Shown here one piece after another: positions 1 through 10,958 of a stretch of DNA of 47,658 nucleotides. The stretch spans positions 1 to 47,658 of the forward strand of contig CAVTCR010000023.1 of the NCBI GenBank assembly GCA_963733195.1, written 5' to 3'. The position numbers and the translations under genes are program-made. The notes under the pieces are model-generated. The model had not been told where the DNA came from, did no database searches, and was given only the letters and a program-made list of their open reading frames with translations. Source of the DNA: an uncultured delta proteobacterium. Its GTDB lineage: Bacteria; Desulfobacterota; Binatia; Bin18. Numbering within the stretch: position 1 is the stretch's first letter; each line of letters begins with the position of its first letter.

Positions 1-1202
1 CAAGTTTGAGTCACAGTTTGTACATTGTATCGCTCTCCTGTGTAGCGAGCAGCTCTTGCGAAGCGACCAAGTTGCTCGCCATTTGTGAGTAGCTCCAGAA
101 TTCTCTTAGCAAAGTCGTCCGGTGTACGTTCCTGTATAAGATAGCCGTTAACCCCATCATTCACCAAATCCGGCAGGTCACCCACTGACGAAGCGATCAC
201 GGGTAACCCGCACATCATCGCTTCCATCGTTGATAGTGGTAACCCCTCTGAGTCCGAGGTCAACACAAAAACCTTCGCCTGGCGCAACCAGCTCCCAACA
301 TCTTTTTGGTAGCCGACGAACTTAACGATGTTCCTGAGTCCGAGTTCTTGGGCGAGTTGCTCCAGATCCCGTCGTAGTGCCCCATCACCGACTATTGTCG
401 CTGTCACCTCAGGGAGTGAGATCTGTACTCGCTGGACAGTATGGAGGAAGAGATCAATGCGCTTGATAGCCGCTAGTCGACATACCAGTATCAGATCTGA
501 AACCGGAGCCGGAGCCGTGTTATAAAATTGCTGCGTATCAACGCCACCAGAGACTACGTGGATGGGCACCGTGATTCCACGGTCCCGAAAAAATTCGACG
601 GTCCGCGTGCCCATAGCGATGATAAAATTGAATGAATCAACGACCCGAAGTAGTTGTCGTTCGACTACCGGATCTGCTGTCCGTAGCCTCTCAAACAGAC
701 GATTCTCTGATGCAATACCACCACCAAGCACTTCTGCAGGTCCACCAACACAGAAATATAAAGAACGGGCGCCGATCCATCGTCCTAAGAGGGCAGCTAA
801 CATCCCATTCAGCAACAGATGAAAACCACCAACGATGTGTGGACGGGTGCGAAACCCGATCCAGAAAAACGTCAGCATGCGCGCAGGAACGCTTCCTACC
901 ATTCGTATAAGCCACTGAGGAGGATAGATCGCTTCAACCTTCGCCAACGAAGGAACTGGCCATGTCGAGACGATCCGTACACGAGCTGTGCGCTGGGATA
1001 AAGCCAATGGTCGTAAATGCGCAACTAACCAATTGTCAGAGTAGAAACTACCAGTGAGAAGGATATCATACCCTTCATATCCTAGTTCCTGCTTAGCGGG
1101 ACCAAGTATGTGAGCAAAACGTAGCAGGGCACTGTACCCCATCATGAAGAGGCGTAAACCGTGACGCACCATTAAGAGGGAGGCGGAGGATGTTGTCTTC
1201 AT
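1..1202 (-). CDS. GT4 (GT-B) glycosyltransferase, 3' end runs off the window
   Basis: Manual translation from ATG at 1202 (MKTTSSASLL...) is open to the window edge. It contains VGDGALR and FVLTSDSEGLPLSTMEAMMCGLPVIAS, the GT4 E-x7-E motif. Its start overlaps the upstream stop as ATGA. Confidence 0.9.
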   Translation of the reverse strand, partial: MKTTSSASLLMVRHGLRLFMMGYSALLRFAHILGPAKQELGYEGYDILLTGSFYSDNWLVAHLRPLALSQRTARVRIVSTWPVPSLAKVEAIYPPQWLIRMVGSVPARMLTFFWIGFRTRPHIVGGFHLLLNGMLAALLGRWIGARSLYFCVGGPAEVLGGGIASENRLFERLRTADPVVERQLLRVVDSFNFIIAMGTRTVEFFRDRGITVPIHVVSGGVDTQQFYNTAPAPVSDLILVCRLAAIKRIDLFLHTVQRVQISLPEVTATIVGDGALRRDLEQLAQELGLRNIVKFVGYQKDVGSWLRQAKVFVLTSDSEGLPLSTMEAMMCGLPVIASSVGDLPDLVNDGVNGYLIQERTPDDFAKRILELLTNGEQLGRFARAARYTGERYNVQTVTQT

Positions 1203-2474
1203 AAGGACGGAAACTCCAGTCGTCGCCAGGGAATGGATACGGATGAACGGCCAGTATGATCTGGACTGTTACGTTGCAAATGACGAATCTCGGTCCCATT
1301 AACAGAGAGAGAAACACACTCAGGATCAGCAACGTAGAAGGACATTCCGTCCCAGTCGGTGGAGCTGCGAGCCTTCGTTTCCACCTCAATATGAAGACCA
1401 TTTCCCGTAGCAGAAGTGACTACGTTCAGCTCGCGCATCATGTCGCAATACGTCAAGAGTCGCTTTGTCGTGGTCACAAGGATCTTTCCCTCGCGGTCCA
1501 GTCTAGCAAGCCTACGGAATGCACTCCGCGCTTGTGGACCCAGTGGTTCTTCTGGTCTGCGCACCTTACCCAAGTGGGTATAAAGCACACACGCACCTCC
1601 GCTCTTCACGAGGCGGTTCAAAGTCTTTTCCGTCAATACTTCCGGGATTCCATCGGCCGTCTCACCGCAACTGACACCCCCCCAATGGGGATTCGCGCGT
1701 AAGAATTCATTCGCCTCATGTCCGCTTCTCAACTGTACCTGCCGTAATACCTGATTGTGGGCATGCATGGCGTACTTTCCCTGCTCCATTCCAGGAAGAC
1801 CGGCTTTCAGAAATTCCTTCATGACAGTCTTGGTTGACGCGACCGGGTGGTGTCGGCTGTAAATGCCTCTGAGGCTTCGTCGGCACGTTCTGCCCGATTA
1901 CGCTGGTAACGCGCCCGCGCCACACATAACGAATTCCATAACTATAAGTGAGGTCAGCATGATAGACCTCGGAGTTTTGTACATCCCCATAACCTTGCAT
2001 GATGTCTGAGCCAAAGTTCGATGGAGCTATGCCGTGGTCAATCCATACGGTCAATTGACAGTCGTGTTGTGTTAGTTCCTCTAGGGCACGAGCAGCGTGT
2101 TTTCGACTCGTAGCCAAATCGCCAAATGAATGTAAACAATCGATATGACCAGAGCGAATCAGGTTCCGTACCATCTCCCGTCCAGCGTCATCTGTGTTCC
2201 AGTAGGCAAACTGGTTGGCTGGCATGTCAAAGTAGATGGTGTTGCCCACCTCCAACCCGACACCACAGCCCATAATCGTGGGTTCCTTGGTGTTAAGAAA
2301 GCGAAGAGTCTCCCAATAGACTTGGCGGTTGGGAGTTTCATCGAGGTCACTACAGATAGCCAGCATGGCTCGATAGGGATACGGTAACCGTCGCAGTTCG
2401 AACCGCGCTTTACTACCCAACGTTTCAACCGATACCGCATCGTGGTTGAGGATTTTAGAAGGATCTCTGGTCAT
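1199..2474 (-). CDS. Uncharacterised EPS-cluster protein, possibly polysaccharide deacetylase (NodB-like barrel); frameshifted near 1830-1880
   Basis: ORFs 1716..2474 and 1199..1822 overlap in different frames and read as one protein. Motifs AICSDLDE, DCLHSFGD and LYTHLG resemble the Asp/His motifs of CE4-like enzymes. The function is inferred. Confidence 0.55.
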
Positions 2475-2519
2475 TCATCCTACACCCTTCAGGCTTAGAT
2501 ACCTGAATTCTAGTCAAGG

Positions 2520-3671
2520 CTACGCATGAGCCTCAGAGCCGCCACCCCTACCTCTTCGCACTGCTTGTAAAAAAGCAAGCTCAAATTGAGGCATCACACT
2601 CTCTGCATGATGGTTTTTCAGATAGTAGAACCGCGCACGACGCGAGGTGCTCCTCCACTGTTCCGGTGAAGTAAGGAGTTTGCGTATCGTGAGCAACAGC
2701 TCCTCAACATCCTTGGCAATGCATCCAATCCCTTTTCGTCCGATTATGTCATCTGGATCAAAGGTTGAAACGACTGGAAGACCATAGCTCCACGCTTCAA
2801 GAAACACATTAGGAAAGCCTTCATTTTCAGAGGTGCAACACAAACATACGGCTCGCTGGTAAAACTGAACCAGCTGTTTGCGTGTTGCACGTCCATGCAC
2901 AAGCATATTTGGTAGCTGTCGTGCCCTGTTCACAACATTCTCAGCATAGGAGGAGTCCGGACCAGGACCGACGAGGTCGAATTGAAGATCACTACATTTC
3001 TGGGCTAGCTCTAGGAAACGGTCGGGTCGCTTTTCTTCACATATACGCCCGACCCATAGCACCCTCTGTTGATCCTTCGTGGGAAAATCTCGGTCCACAA
3101 ATTCGTTTTCCCCTGGCCCAGCACTAGGCATAGGAATCACGCGTGAATTGCGCGCGAATCCTTCTTGGAGCATTTGGTGCTGCAGTCGCGTCTGCACGAT
3201 TACGTCATCCGCCAGACGCAACCCAAGTCTGTATAATAATTTCTCCCGGCCTGTTCGCATGAGCGGTAGCCTCGCGTCACAATCAGCGAGTGCAGCAACC
3301 GAGTAGACAAACTTTTTCCCGTACCGCCTACACCAGAGAGCAACCTGCCCGGTGACATACTCGCCACAGTTTTGATAGTACACATCGGCATTGGCACGCT
3401 TCAGCGCCGTATTCAAACTTGTCCATCGCGGATAGAAAAATCGGAGTCCAGGAATTCCATCAGTCTTCCGACACAACTTGAGAACACGTACACCGCTGAT
3501 TACACAATCAGAAGGTTGCCCTTCATCCCAGGTCACTAAGCTAACGCGGTGCCCCTGAGCAGCGAGCCAACAGGCGAGCAATGTTGTCTGGTGCTCGACG
3601 CCGCCAATGTGACCATTAACATCTCCGGCGAGGGCTGGATAAGCAAAGTGGGCAACAATACAGACGTGCAT
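2520..3671 (-). CDS. GT4 glycosyltransferase
   Basis: 383-aa intact ORF with GGVEHQ, WVGRICEEKRPD and TSENEGFPNVFLEAWSYGLPVV. Confidence 0.92.
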   Translation of the reverse strand: MHVCIVAHFAYPALAGDVNGHIGGVEHQTTLLACWLAAQGHRVSLVTWDEGQPSDCVISGVRVLKLCRKTDGIPGLRFFYPRWTSLNTALKRANADVYYQNCGEYVTGQVALWCRRYGKKFVYSVAALADCDARLPLMRTGREKLLYRLGLRLADDVIVQTRLQHQMLQEGFARNSRVIPMPSAGPGENEFVDRDFPTKDQQRVLWVGRICEEKRPDRFLELAQKCSDLQFDLVGPGPDSSYAENVVNRARQLPNMLVHGRATRKQLVQFYQRAVCLCCTSENEGFPNVFLEAWSYGLPVVSTFDPDDIIGRKGIGCIAKDVEELLLTIRKLLTSPEQWRSTSRRARFYYLKNHHAESVMPQFELAFLQAVRRGRGGGSEAHA

Positions 3672-3743
3672 GATCTAGACCGGAATAAGGACGAATAAGT
3701 ATCGGATCGGTGTCTTGCTGGGCCGCAAGTAATATTTCGCCCT

Positions 3744-4732
3744 TTAGGCGTATCCTAGTCGCCGACTCACCTGCCCGGCGATAGAATTAAAGGTTTGCAG
3801 CTCACGGGCATTCAGGGTCGACTTCCAGCGGTCGTCGAGGACCACTTCACGGGTTGTGTCAAATCGCATCCCGTTGCCAATGATGTGATGTTCATCAGAA
3901 CGCTGAGGCATCAATCCTAGGCTCGCGTCGACTCCAATAAATTGGAAGAGCCGTTCAAGCGTTGCTGCGGGTCGCACGAGCAAAGATCTTCATAACGTAC
4001 TTCAGTCCACCGGTTTCGCAGCATGTCGCTAGAACCGCTTCAGCCTCTTCGTACTACGCCGCCACTCCCAAGCTGCTTCGGCAAAGGACAAACGCTCACC
4101 AAGTCGCGGTCGCCGCCCATCCCACCTCCACGGAACTGTGGCTCCTGCGCATCGGCAAATCGGCAGGATCAGTATAGGTCAGTGCGACACCTCGACCGTC
4201 ACGCACAAGCCGAATGACTTGCACATCAAGGCTGGGTTCCGTAGTAGATATTTGAGCCGAAGTGCTATCTTGGAGGAATCAACGAAGAATGGGTTTGCCG
4301 TGTGCGTACTAGAGTACACTGCTGCTAGTGCTGCATTTCGCGCTTGAATCTATGGTAATTGTTGCGCGCGCCATCGCGAAGACAATGCAAAGCAACATCT
4401 CGAAGCCACTCAGCGCCGGTCCACGATGAAGGGGCCGTAATAGGCGCTGGACGTAAGGGGTCGCACCTGTCTCCGAAATCTGTCCCAGCCTTACTCACCG
4501 AAAACGTCAACCCTCTACGGGCCATATCTTCGTAAATATCTAACCAAAACGGACAGTGTGTTATGAAGCACGACAAGAACAGCGATAATCGTGTCACATC
4601 ACCCAGGACGTAAGCTTCAATTCACCTACAGTACACACCTGGGGATGGTTCGCTAACAAAGAGGCGAGAAGTGTCGATCCTGAGTGACTGGCTGCGAGAA
4701 TATAAATAATCGAGTCTGCTGCTTGCTGCCAT
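3744..4732 (-). CDS. Sulfotransferase family protein (multiple frameshifts)
   Basis: Read across frames: ILAASHSGSTLLASLLANHPQVCTVGE (5'-PAPS loop), VDSSK, and VIRLVRDGRGV (3'-phosphate-binding motif). The C-terminus is ORF 3744..3983. Confidence 0.82.
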
Positions 4733-4825
4733 AGATATCTCGACAGGTGAACCGTGATCGCAATGAGCTATGCCGTCCGGGCCCACAGCATCCCATCGAT
4801 CGGAATCCGGGCTTTAGACTCCTGC

Positions 4826-6339
4826 TTAAGAGGGCCTCGCGGACGCAACAAGGCTCCGGGTATGGCGGCTCTTCTGGGGCTCAGAATGACTCTCCACAGT
4901 GGATAACCGCGCCGGAGCTGTACTTGCTGTCAGGCGTCGCTTGCCGTAAGTACTCGTCCCGCTCGACGAGACTCGCAGTAGCAAGTCCGATCGCGCACCA
5001 CATCCCAACTGAACCTTCACGAGGGATAGAACGTTTGACTCCCCACGAAGCAACCGACAGAGCGAAAATAAGGGCACAGGCGACACCTCCGCTCGCGACA
5101 AATATCGGACTACGCGAGTCCATCGGAACAGGGGCACGCTACGTATTTGAGCATAACCAAATAAAACGGTAAGACAAGCATAAACCGACAACCTCCATTG
5201 TCGAGCAACAACTCAAGATAGGCATTGTGTGGATGGGGAAAGCTTCTCGCATAAGTATCCCAAGAGAAAGTCTTGAGCCTGTCTGATCATCGCTGTCACG
5301 ACCGTAGCCAAAAATCGGGAGACTCACTGATTTTTCGAGCACAAACGGCCAGGCAAAAGTCCGACCGGCAGTGACCGTATACATATCTGGTCCGTCGCTC
5401 GGACTACAGCTAGAGAGCTTTTCCTCGTGGTCTGTCGGGCGTTCCAGTATCGACGGTCTCCTTGAGAGAATCCTGTGAATAGCCGATTCGCCAACTCCTG
5501 GCATGACGGTACATAATGACAAATGAAGACTAACGGGACCAAATTGGCGCTAGCAAGGAGATACTTACGCCAGCGAACAATAGAAAGAAGAAGTCCAAGA
5601 GCAAACCAGGTCACATATCCCATCCGACCAGCCGTTAGCCTGAGCGTAGAATGTAATGATGCTAGCTCCCATCACGAAGTCGAGGAGATAGCTGCCAATC
5701 TTCGGCATGACTCAGCTACCCACATAGCCCAAAAAGCTCCGGCCAACATCATGGACAGATTAACCCTATGGTAGCCTACCTCGTTCGATAAAATCTTGAG
5801 GCTACGCTTCGCGAGATCAGCGCCTTCGAGCATTGCGCTCGCGGGCATCCACCGGATCACTTGTAAACCAATCAAAAAATATACAGCGAGCACAACACAC
5901 CAAGCCGAGTGAAAAGCGGGAACGGTTCGGCAACCACAAATAGCAAAAGCCCAAGCATCGGCCATTTGATCGTATTAATCACATTTTCGCTTATGAGTGA
6001 GCCCATGCGAATCAGAAACGGTGCCTGGATCCACTAGCAAGCGCATGGTACCAACCATCACCACACTTAAATACGAGAGCAACAGCCAACTGACCTGGCT
6101 GCGGCATGTCCCACGTTAGATCGCTCTTTAGTTCGGCTTTGCCACCAACTAAAAACGACAGAAATAAACAATATGTTCCAGGGGTTCAGCCCTTGAATTC
6201 CAGCAATACTCTTGGGCATATCGGGATGCTGAACAACCGCCACAAGTAGAATGAGGCCACAGAGACCAACGTACCAATCTTTCCAGGCGTAGATCCCTAC
6301 ACCGATGATATACAACCAAAGAAGTCCAAGTCGAAGCAT
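4826..6339 (-). CDS. O-antigen ligase / Wzy polymerase family membrane protein (multiple frameshifts; 3' end approximate)
   Basis: Hydrophobic fragments in a series of ORFs from 6067..6339 downward. Contains TAGRTFAW, PIFGYG and an HNAYLELLLD-type loop typical of O-antigen ligase (Wzy_C) proteins. Confidence 0.75.
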
Positions 6340-6347
6340 TGTTATCG

Positions 6348-7124
6348 TTAGCGAGTGATACTGCTCGGGATATGACGAAAAAATTCTCGTAATACGAGGC
6401 TACAAAAAAGCGTATTGGTCACGAGATACCGCTTCCACAACCGACGGGGTTCTTGTTTGACACGATAGAGCCACTCCAGACCCAAGCGTTGCCATCCTTC
6501 GGGCGCCCGATCTACTTTCCCGGCGAGAACATCGAACGACCCCCCTACCCCATGGCACACCGGAACTCCCAAATGCTCATTCCAGCGTGCGAGAAATTGT
6601 TCTTTTTTTGGTGACGTCATTGCCACGAATAAAATATCAGGATGCGCTGCGATGATATCCGCAGCGACATTTTCTTCAGCCGCAGCAGAAAAGTACCCGT
6701 TCTGGCTCCCCACTACTTGCACGCGGGGATATTCCACACCAATACGCTGTACAACTTTTACCAACACTTCATCGGTCGCCCCAAGGCAATACACTCGATG
6801 ACAGTGTCGATTTCCTCGCTCAAGCATGCCAAGCATCAAATCAATGCCAGCCACGCGCTCAGGCAGTTCATAGCCAAGCAGGCGCGCTGCCCAAACTACC
6901 GCCATGCCATCTGCGAGAATAAGGTCTGACGAGAGCACATCAGCACGCAGCTCCTGATCCCGTCGCATGTTAACGATCTTAGCCGCGTTTACGACCCCAA
7001 TCCGTAGATGCGAGCGCGATTGAATGACTAGATCGATCACATCCAATACCTGCGCCATCCTCAGCGGATGAATCGGGACCCCAAGTACGTCGCGAACAGG
7101 AGATGCGAGCGTTCGGGTATTCAT
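6348..7124 (-). CDS. WecB/TagA/CpsF (GT26) glycosyltransferase
   Basis: Motifs ILADGMAVVW, ERVAGIDL, PKKEQF, GVGGSFDVLAG and LGLEWLYR. ATG at 7124 overlaps the upstream stop. Confidence 0.93.
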   Translation of the reverse strand: MNTRTLASPVRDVLGVPIHPLRMAQVLDVIDLVIQSRSHLRIGVVNAAKIVNMRRDQELRADVLSSDLILADGMAVVWAARLLGYELPERVAGIDLMLGMLERGNRHCHRVYCLGATDEVLVKVVQRIGVEYPRVQVVGSQNGYFSAAAEENVAADIIAAHPDILFVAMTSPKKEQFLARWNEHLGVPVCHGVGGSFDVLAGKVDRAPEGWQRLGLEWLYRVKQEPRRLWKRYLVTNTLFCSLVLREFFRHIPSSITR

Positions 7125-8272
7125 TGTGACTCCCATCGTGCAATCCGGGAAGCGGGCCACGCATAGAACAGCCAGCCAAGGTGATAAGGACGGTCTTCAT
7201 AATCGACAGCACCAACAGGGAACACCATATCTAATCCAGGAGTTCGCAATCGAGGGTGAATACGACTCGTAAGCGCTTGCAAGGTCCGTGTCATCTTCCT
7301 CGGCTCCCGGCGTGCGACCTTCCGCCAAGTCATCGTTACGTCCTCATCAATGAGAGAGCCCCCACCAAGCTCAGGTGCACGAGTCAGCCACGCTAATCCC
7401 TTCGCAATATGCTCTGAGAAACTCTGCCCTGTGGCCTCTTCTACCTCAAAGAGCGCCATTGGTGCCATCGCATCCTGGTGAACCGCGTACACTGGATACG
7501 GTTCTATAACGTCACCCGTCCGCCAGTCATAGTGCCACCACCACTGGCCTCCTGGCCCTTGTTTGTGGCAAAAGAGACGGGCGCATTGGAGTACTGTGTC
7601 GCGCGCTTTCTGGTTTCCTGTAAGCTTCACATACGACGACAAGGCATGTACCGGGTAGACCAGATCTGCAAAGCACGACACGTGCGACCGGAAGCCGTTG
7701 CTTCCGCCGCCTAACATATGCGGAAAGACGCCAGAGCGTGGTTCAAACGTCGAAAGTAAGCGTACCGCCAACCCATCACGGACGGCATCACCAGAAGTGT
7801 GCGTATCGCGACATAGCGCTGCCAACGCCCATGCAACCTCAACGGTAGGGTGGACCCTATTCACAGGTTGCAGTTCGATCAGGCGTTTGCGAACGGGATC
7901 AAGATCACCACAGTCGAGAGCATGAGCCGCCCACAGCAGTAGCGCAACGTCTCCAAGATTATCACTCTTGGCAACATCGCGTACGAGCCGGTCACAAACG
8001 GCCTTTGGGTCTGCACCACTAAGAACCTTCGCTACAAGGTTTGCATCTTCATGTGCCAATCCAATCAACGTAATCGCCGTGTAACGTCGACTTACCCCCT
8101 CTGTTACTATTCCCCCTGGTGTAAGCCGCACGCGAAAAACAAAAGTCTGTTCTTCAGGCTTGTACATACTTGCGAGTGCGGTAACAGCTAATGCGCGCAG
8201 CCGCTGAACAAGTGCCGTCGCTGGTATCAAACTCGGAGTGATGTGAGAGCTTGGAGACAACGTATCTAACAT
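7121..8272 (-). CDS. Uncharacterised 383-aa protein, possibly an (alpha/alpha)-toroid glycan-modifying enzyme
   Basis: Intact ORF coupled to its neighbours. Helical and aromatic-rich, with QGPGGQWWWHYD, YPVYAVHQDAMAP and YEDRPYHLGW. The fold is inferred. Confidence 0.7.
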   Translation of the reverse strand: MLDTLSPSSHITPSLIPATALVQRLRALAVTALASMYKPEEQTFVFRVRLTPGGIVTEGVSRRYTAITLIGLAHEDANLVAKVLSGADPKAVCDRLVRDVAKSDNLGDVALLLWAAHALDCGDLDPVRKRLIELQPVNRVHPTVEVAWALAALCRDTHTSGDAVRDGLAVRLLSTFEPRSGVFPHMLGGGSNGFRSHVSCFADLVYPVHALSSYVKLTGNQKARDTVLQCARLFCHKQGPGGQWWWHYDWRTGDVIEPYPVYAVHQDAMAPMALFEVEEATGQSFSEHIAKGLAWLTRAPELGGGSLIDEDVTMTWRKVARREPRKMTRTLQALTSRIHPRLRTPGLDMVFPVGAVDYEDRPYHLGWLFYAWPASRIARWESQ

Positions 8273-8274
8273 AG

Positions 8275-9661
8275 TTATACAGCTCCCTCCCCTTTGAGAA
8301 CTGCGGGGATCGTCTTCCAGAGAATCTTAAAGTCTAGACGTAGTGACCAATGTTCGATGTACTGCAGGTCCAGGCGAAGCCACTCTGTGAAGGGAAGTTG
8401 GCTCCTTCCCGATATCTGCCACAAGCATGTCAGTCCAGGTTTGACACTGAAACGTCGCCGCTGGATTCCCTCGTCAAATCGGTCCACGTCTCTCGTCGAC
8501 ATTGGCCTTGGTCCTACCAAACTCATCTGTCCTGTGAGAACATGGAAAATCTGCGGTAGTTCGTCGAGGCTTGATCGGCGAAGCCACCACCCCACTCGCG
8601 TGATGCGAGGATCATTGGCCACCTTAAATATGGGACCCTGGGCTTCGTTTAGGTGTTCTACTCTGCGCCTGCATTCGATCCGCACCATGGACCATCGAAC
8701 GAAATTTCAGCATCCTGAAGCGCCGTTTCTTTAACCCCACCCGCTCCTGAAGGAAGAAAATTGGGCCAGAGGAATCAAGCTTAATCGCCAGTGCCACGAT
8801 ACCCATGACCGGGAATAACAACGGCAAAACACTCAGCACGGCCACAATATCGATCACTCGCTTCACCATCAGTTTCCATTCATTCTGGACAATGGTTTCA
8901 TGAGTCAACATGGGAATCTGGCCAAGCTCCACTAACTGAGTCCGCTGCACGCGGACCTCAAAGAGATCCGCCATCACACTAAATTTGACACCTTCTTCCT
9001 CACAGGCTTGGGCGATCCGTTCGGCTTGAGAGATCATCGTGCGAGGAATCGCCATCACAACTTCGTCAATGATGTGGTCCTTCAGGACCCGAGTAATGTC
9101 ACTCATAGTGCCGAGGACGCGGTAACCCAAGACAGAACGTTCAACACGGGTGGGATCTGGGTCGAGATAACCCACGATATACACGGGCGTTCCAGTCCAG
9201 CGAGTCAGGGTTTCGGTCAGACGTCGCGCACGACTTCCACTACCAATGATGAGTACCCGTCGTTCCTGACTTTGCCATCCTAAGGAGGCGTAGGCATGTG
9301 GAAACAAAGAAACATAGATGGCAACGAACAGTAAGAGATCCAGTACAGCAGAAGTAAGCAAAACGCTTCGGTCCATACGTACCGAAGGTTCGTTGTAATG
9401 CATCAGCTTCGTGATTAGTACCGCAACGAGCAGTATAGAGACAAGCGCGACGAGCCAACGCCACAGATTACTGTGGGGAGAATCAGAAGTTATGTGTAGT
9501 GACTTTTCAAATGAGAAGAACAAGACTCCAAACACAAGTGACAGCGAGGCAATTGACATTGGGGGAGAAAGTAGGCTCAGGAACTCACTAGGATGCGAGT
9601 AAAATAGAACTGCTCCTAGCCAGATAGAAGTAAGGAGTAACAGGATGTTAAGAAGATTCAT
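8275..9661 (-). CDS. Polyprenyl-phosphate sugar-1-phosphate priming transferase (WcaJ/CpsE-like), frameshift near 8660-8690
   Basis: N-terminal TM helices, then VLIIGSG, KRVIDI, GPIFFLQERVG and KFRSM. Continues in ORF 8275..8688 with DPRITRVG, SLDELPQ, MSLVGPRP and KPGLTCLWQ. Confidence 0.93.
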
Positions 9662-9911
9662 AAAAGCTTCTCCGCCTCAAATCGGGATAGAGGCCTATCG
9701 TGACTTGAGAAACCCCCGCAGCCTCTGAAGAGTCTCGCTGTTCGGATGTCGACCGCAAACGTCAATATTCTGGGAATAGAGTATGGGTAGAAAGGCAGGC
9801 TTCACTGCCCCGCAGCCTCAACAGCTCAGCAGCAGAATGCTGAGTGCTGTTGCAGTTGTAGGTAGGTGGTGCTCCCTCCCTATCTTACGATTGACCGCTG
9901 CCTTCAAGACG

Positions 9912-10856
9912 CTAACGAAGTCGACTCCAGAAGGACTTTGACCGCGTCCATAGACTCGAGAAGAAACTCTTGAAGTTCGCGAAACCGTATTGCGCTGTAC
10001 GAGAGCGCGCATCTCCAAACGGGCGCGCATAGTAATAATACGAGTAGTATGAATAGTACCCAAAGAGCGGTCGGTCATCATTGTTCAAGATCAACCCCGA
10101 CACCTTACTCGGATGGAGAACGTTCAATGACTCTTCGACAAGCTTTCGAGGTGTTCTGTGAGCTGACACAACAAGCACCACACCATCCACCAGATGTTCC
10201 ACCAACCGGCAGTCAGGAAAAAGCATCGGCGGTAGATCAACAATCACATAGTCGTAGCGGGTTCGCGCCTCTTGAAGCAAGGCGGCAAGCCGCCGGGATT
10301 TGAGGATTTCATGAGGGGTCCGCGAAGCGTGACCAGCGGGTAAGACCGCCAGCTGGTATGGTGCGTACTCTCTAACGACATCGTTGAGCGCTAACTTCTG
10401 TTCTTCTATGAACCCTATAACCCCTGGGTTCTGGTCCGTGGAGATACCCAGATACCTCGCAACAGCCGGACGGCGAAGGTCCAAATCAACAAGCAACACA
10501 CGCGTATCAGGAAATTGTGTCAGTGTCCCTGCTAAGTTGATCGCAGTCATCGTTTTGCCATCCCCGGCAAGGGGACTAGACACTGCGATCACAGATAAAG
10601 CGTTATCTCTGTGCATTTGCTCAAGACGGGAGCAAATGGTCCGGTATAGCTCAGCTTCAGGCGAGGTGACGGCAACCAAACTCACAAGGTGTGGATCAAC
10701 TCCTTTGAGGAATCGTCTAGACCTGCCGCCTCGGCCCTTCGAACTGCGGCGCCGCCGTTTTCGTGGCTGTTCATCAAATGCTGGGACGTTAGATACAAAG
10801 ACTTCCGGTTGTCCAGAATTTTCAAGTTGCTCATTCACCAATGTATCCTTTGACAT
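9912..10856 (-). CDS. CpsD/CapB-type tyrosine-protein kinase
   Basis: Walker A SSPLAGDGKT, Walker A' LLVDLDLRRP, Walker B VIVDLPP, and a C-terminal Tyr cluster GYYSYYSYYYY. Confidence 0.93.
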   Translation of the reverse strand: MSKDTLVNEQLENSGQPEVFVSNVPAFDEQPRKRRRRSSKGRGGRSRRFLKGVDPHLVSLVAVTSPEAELYRTICSRLEQMHRDNALSVIAVSSPLAGDGKTMTAINLAGTLTQFPDTRVLLVDLDLRRPAVARYLGISTDQNPGVIGFIEEQKLALNDVVREYAPYQLAVLPAGHASRTPHEILKSRRLAALLQEARTRYDYVIVDLPPMLFPDCRLVEHLVDGVVLVVSAHRTPRKLVEESLNVLHPSKVSGLILNNDDRPLFGYYSYYSYYYYARPFGDARSRTAQYGFANFKSFFSSLWTRSKSFWSRLR

Positions 10857-10958
10857 TCGCTCGCCATGAACAAACGAAACCGACTGTCAGCCTCCGTCTT
10901 TCCCATGAGGTCACCCTGTCCTGTTTCATACTTTGGCCGTCAGCTCAGGTGTGTACCG

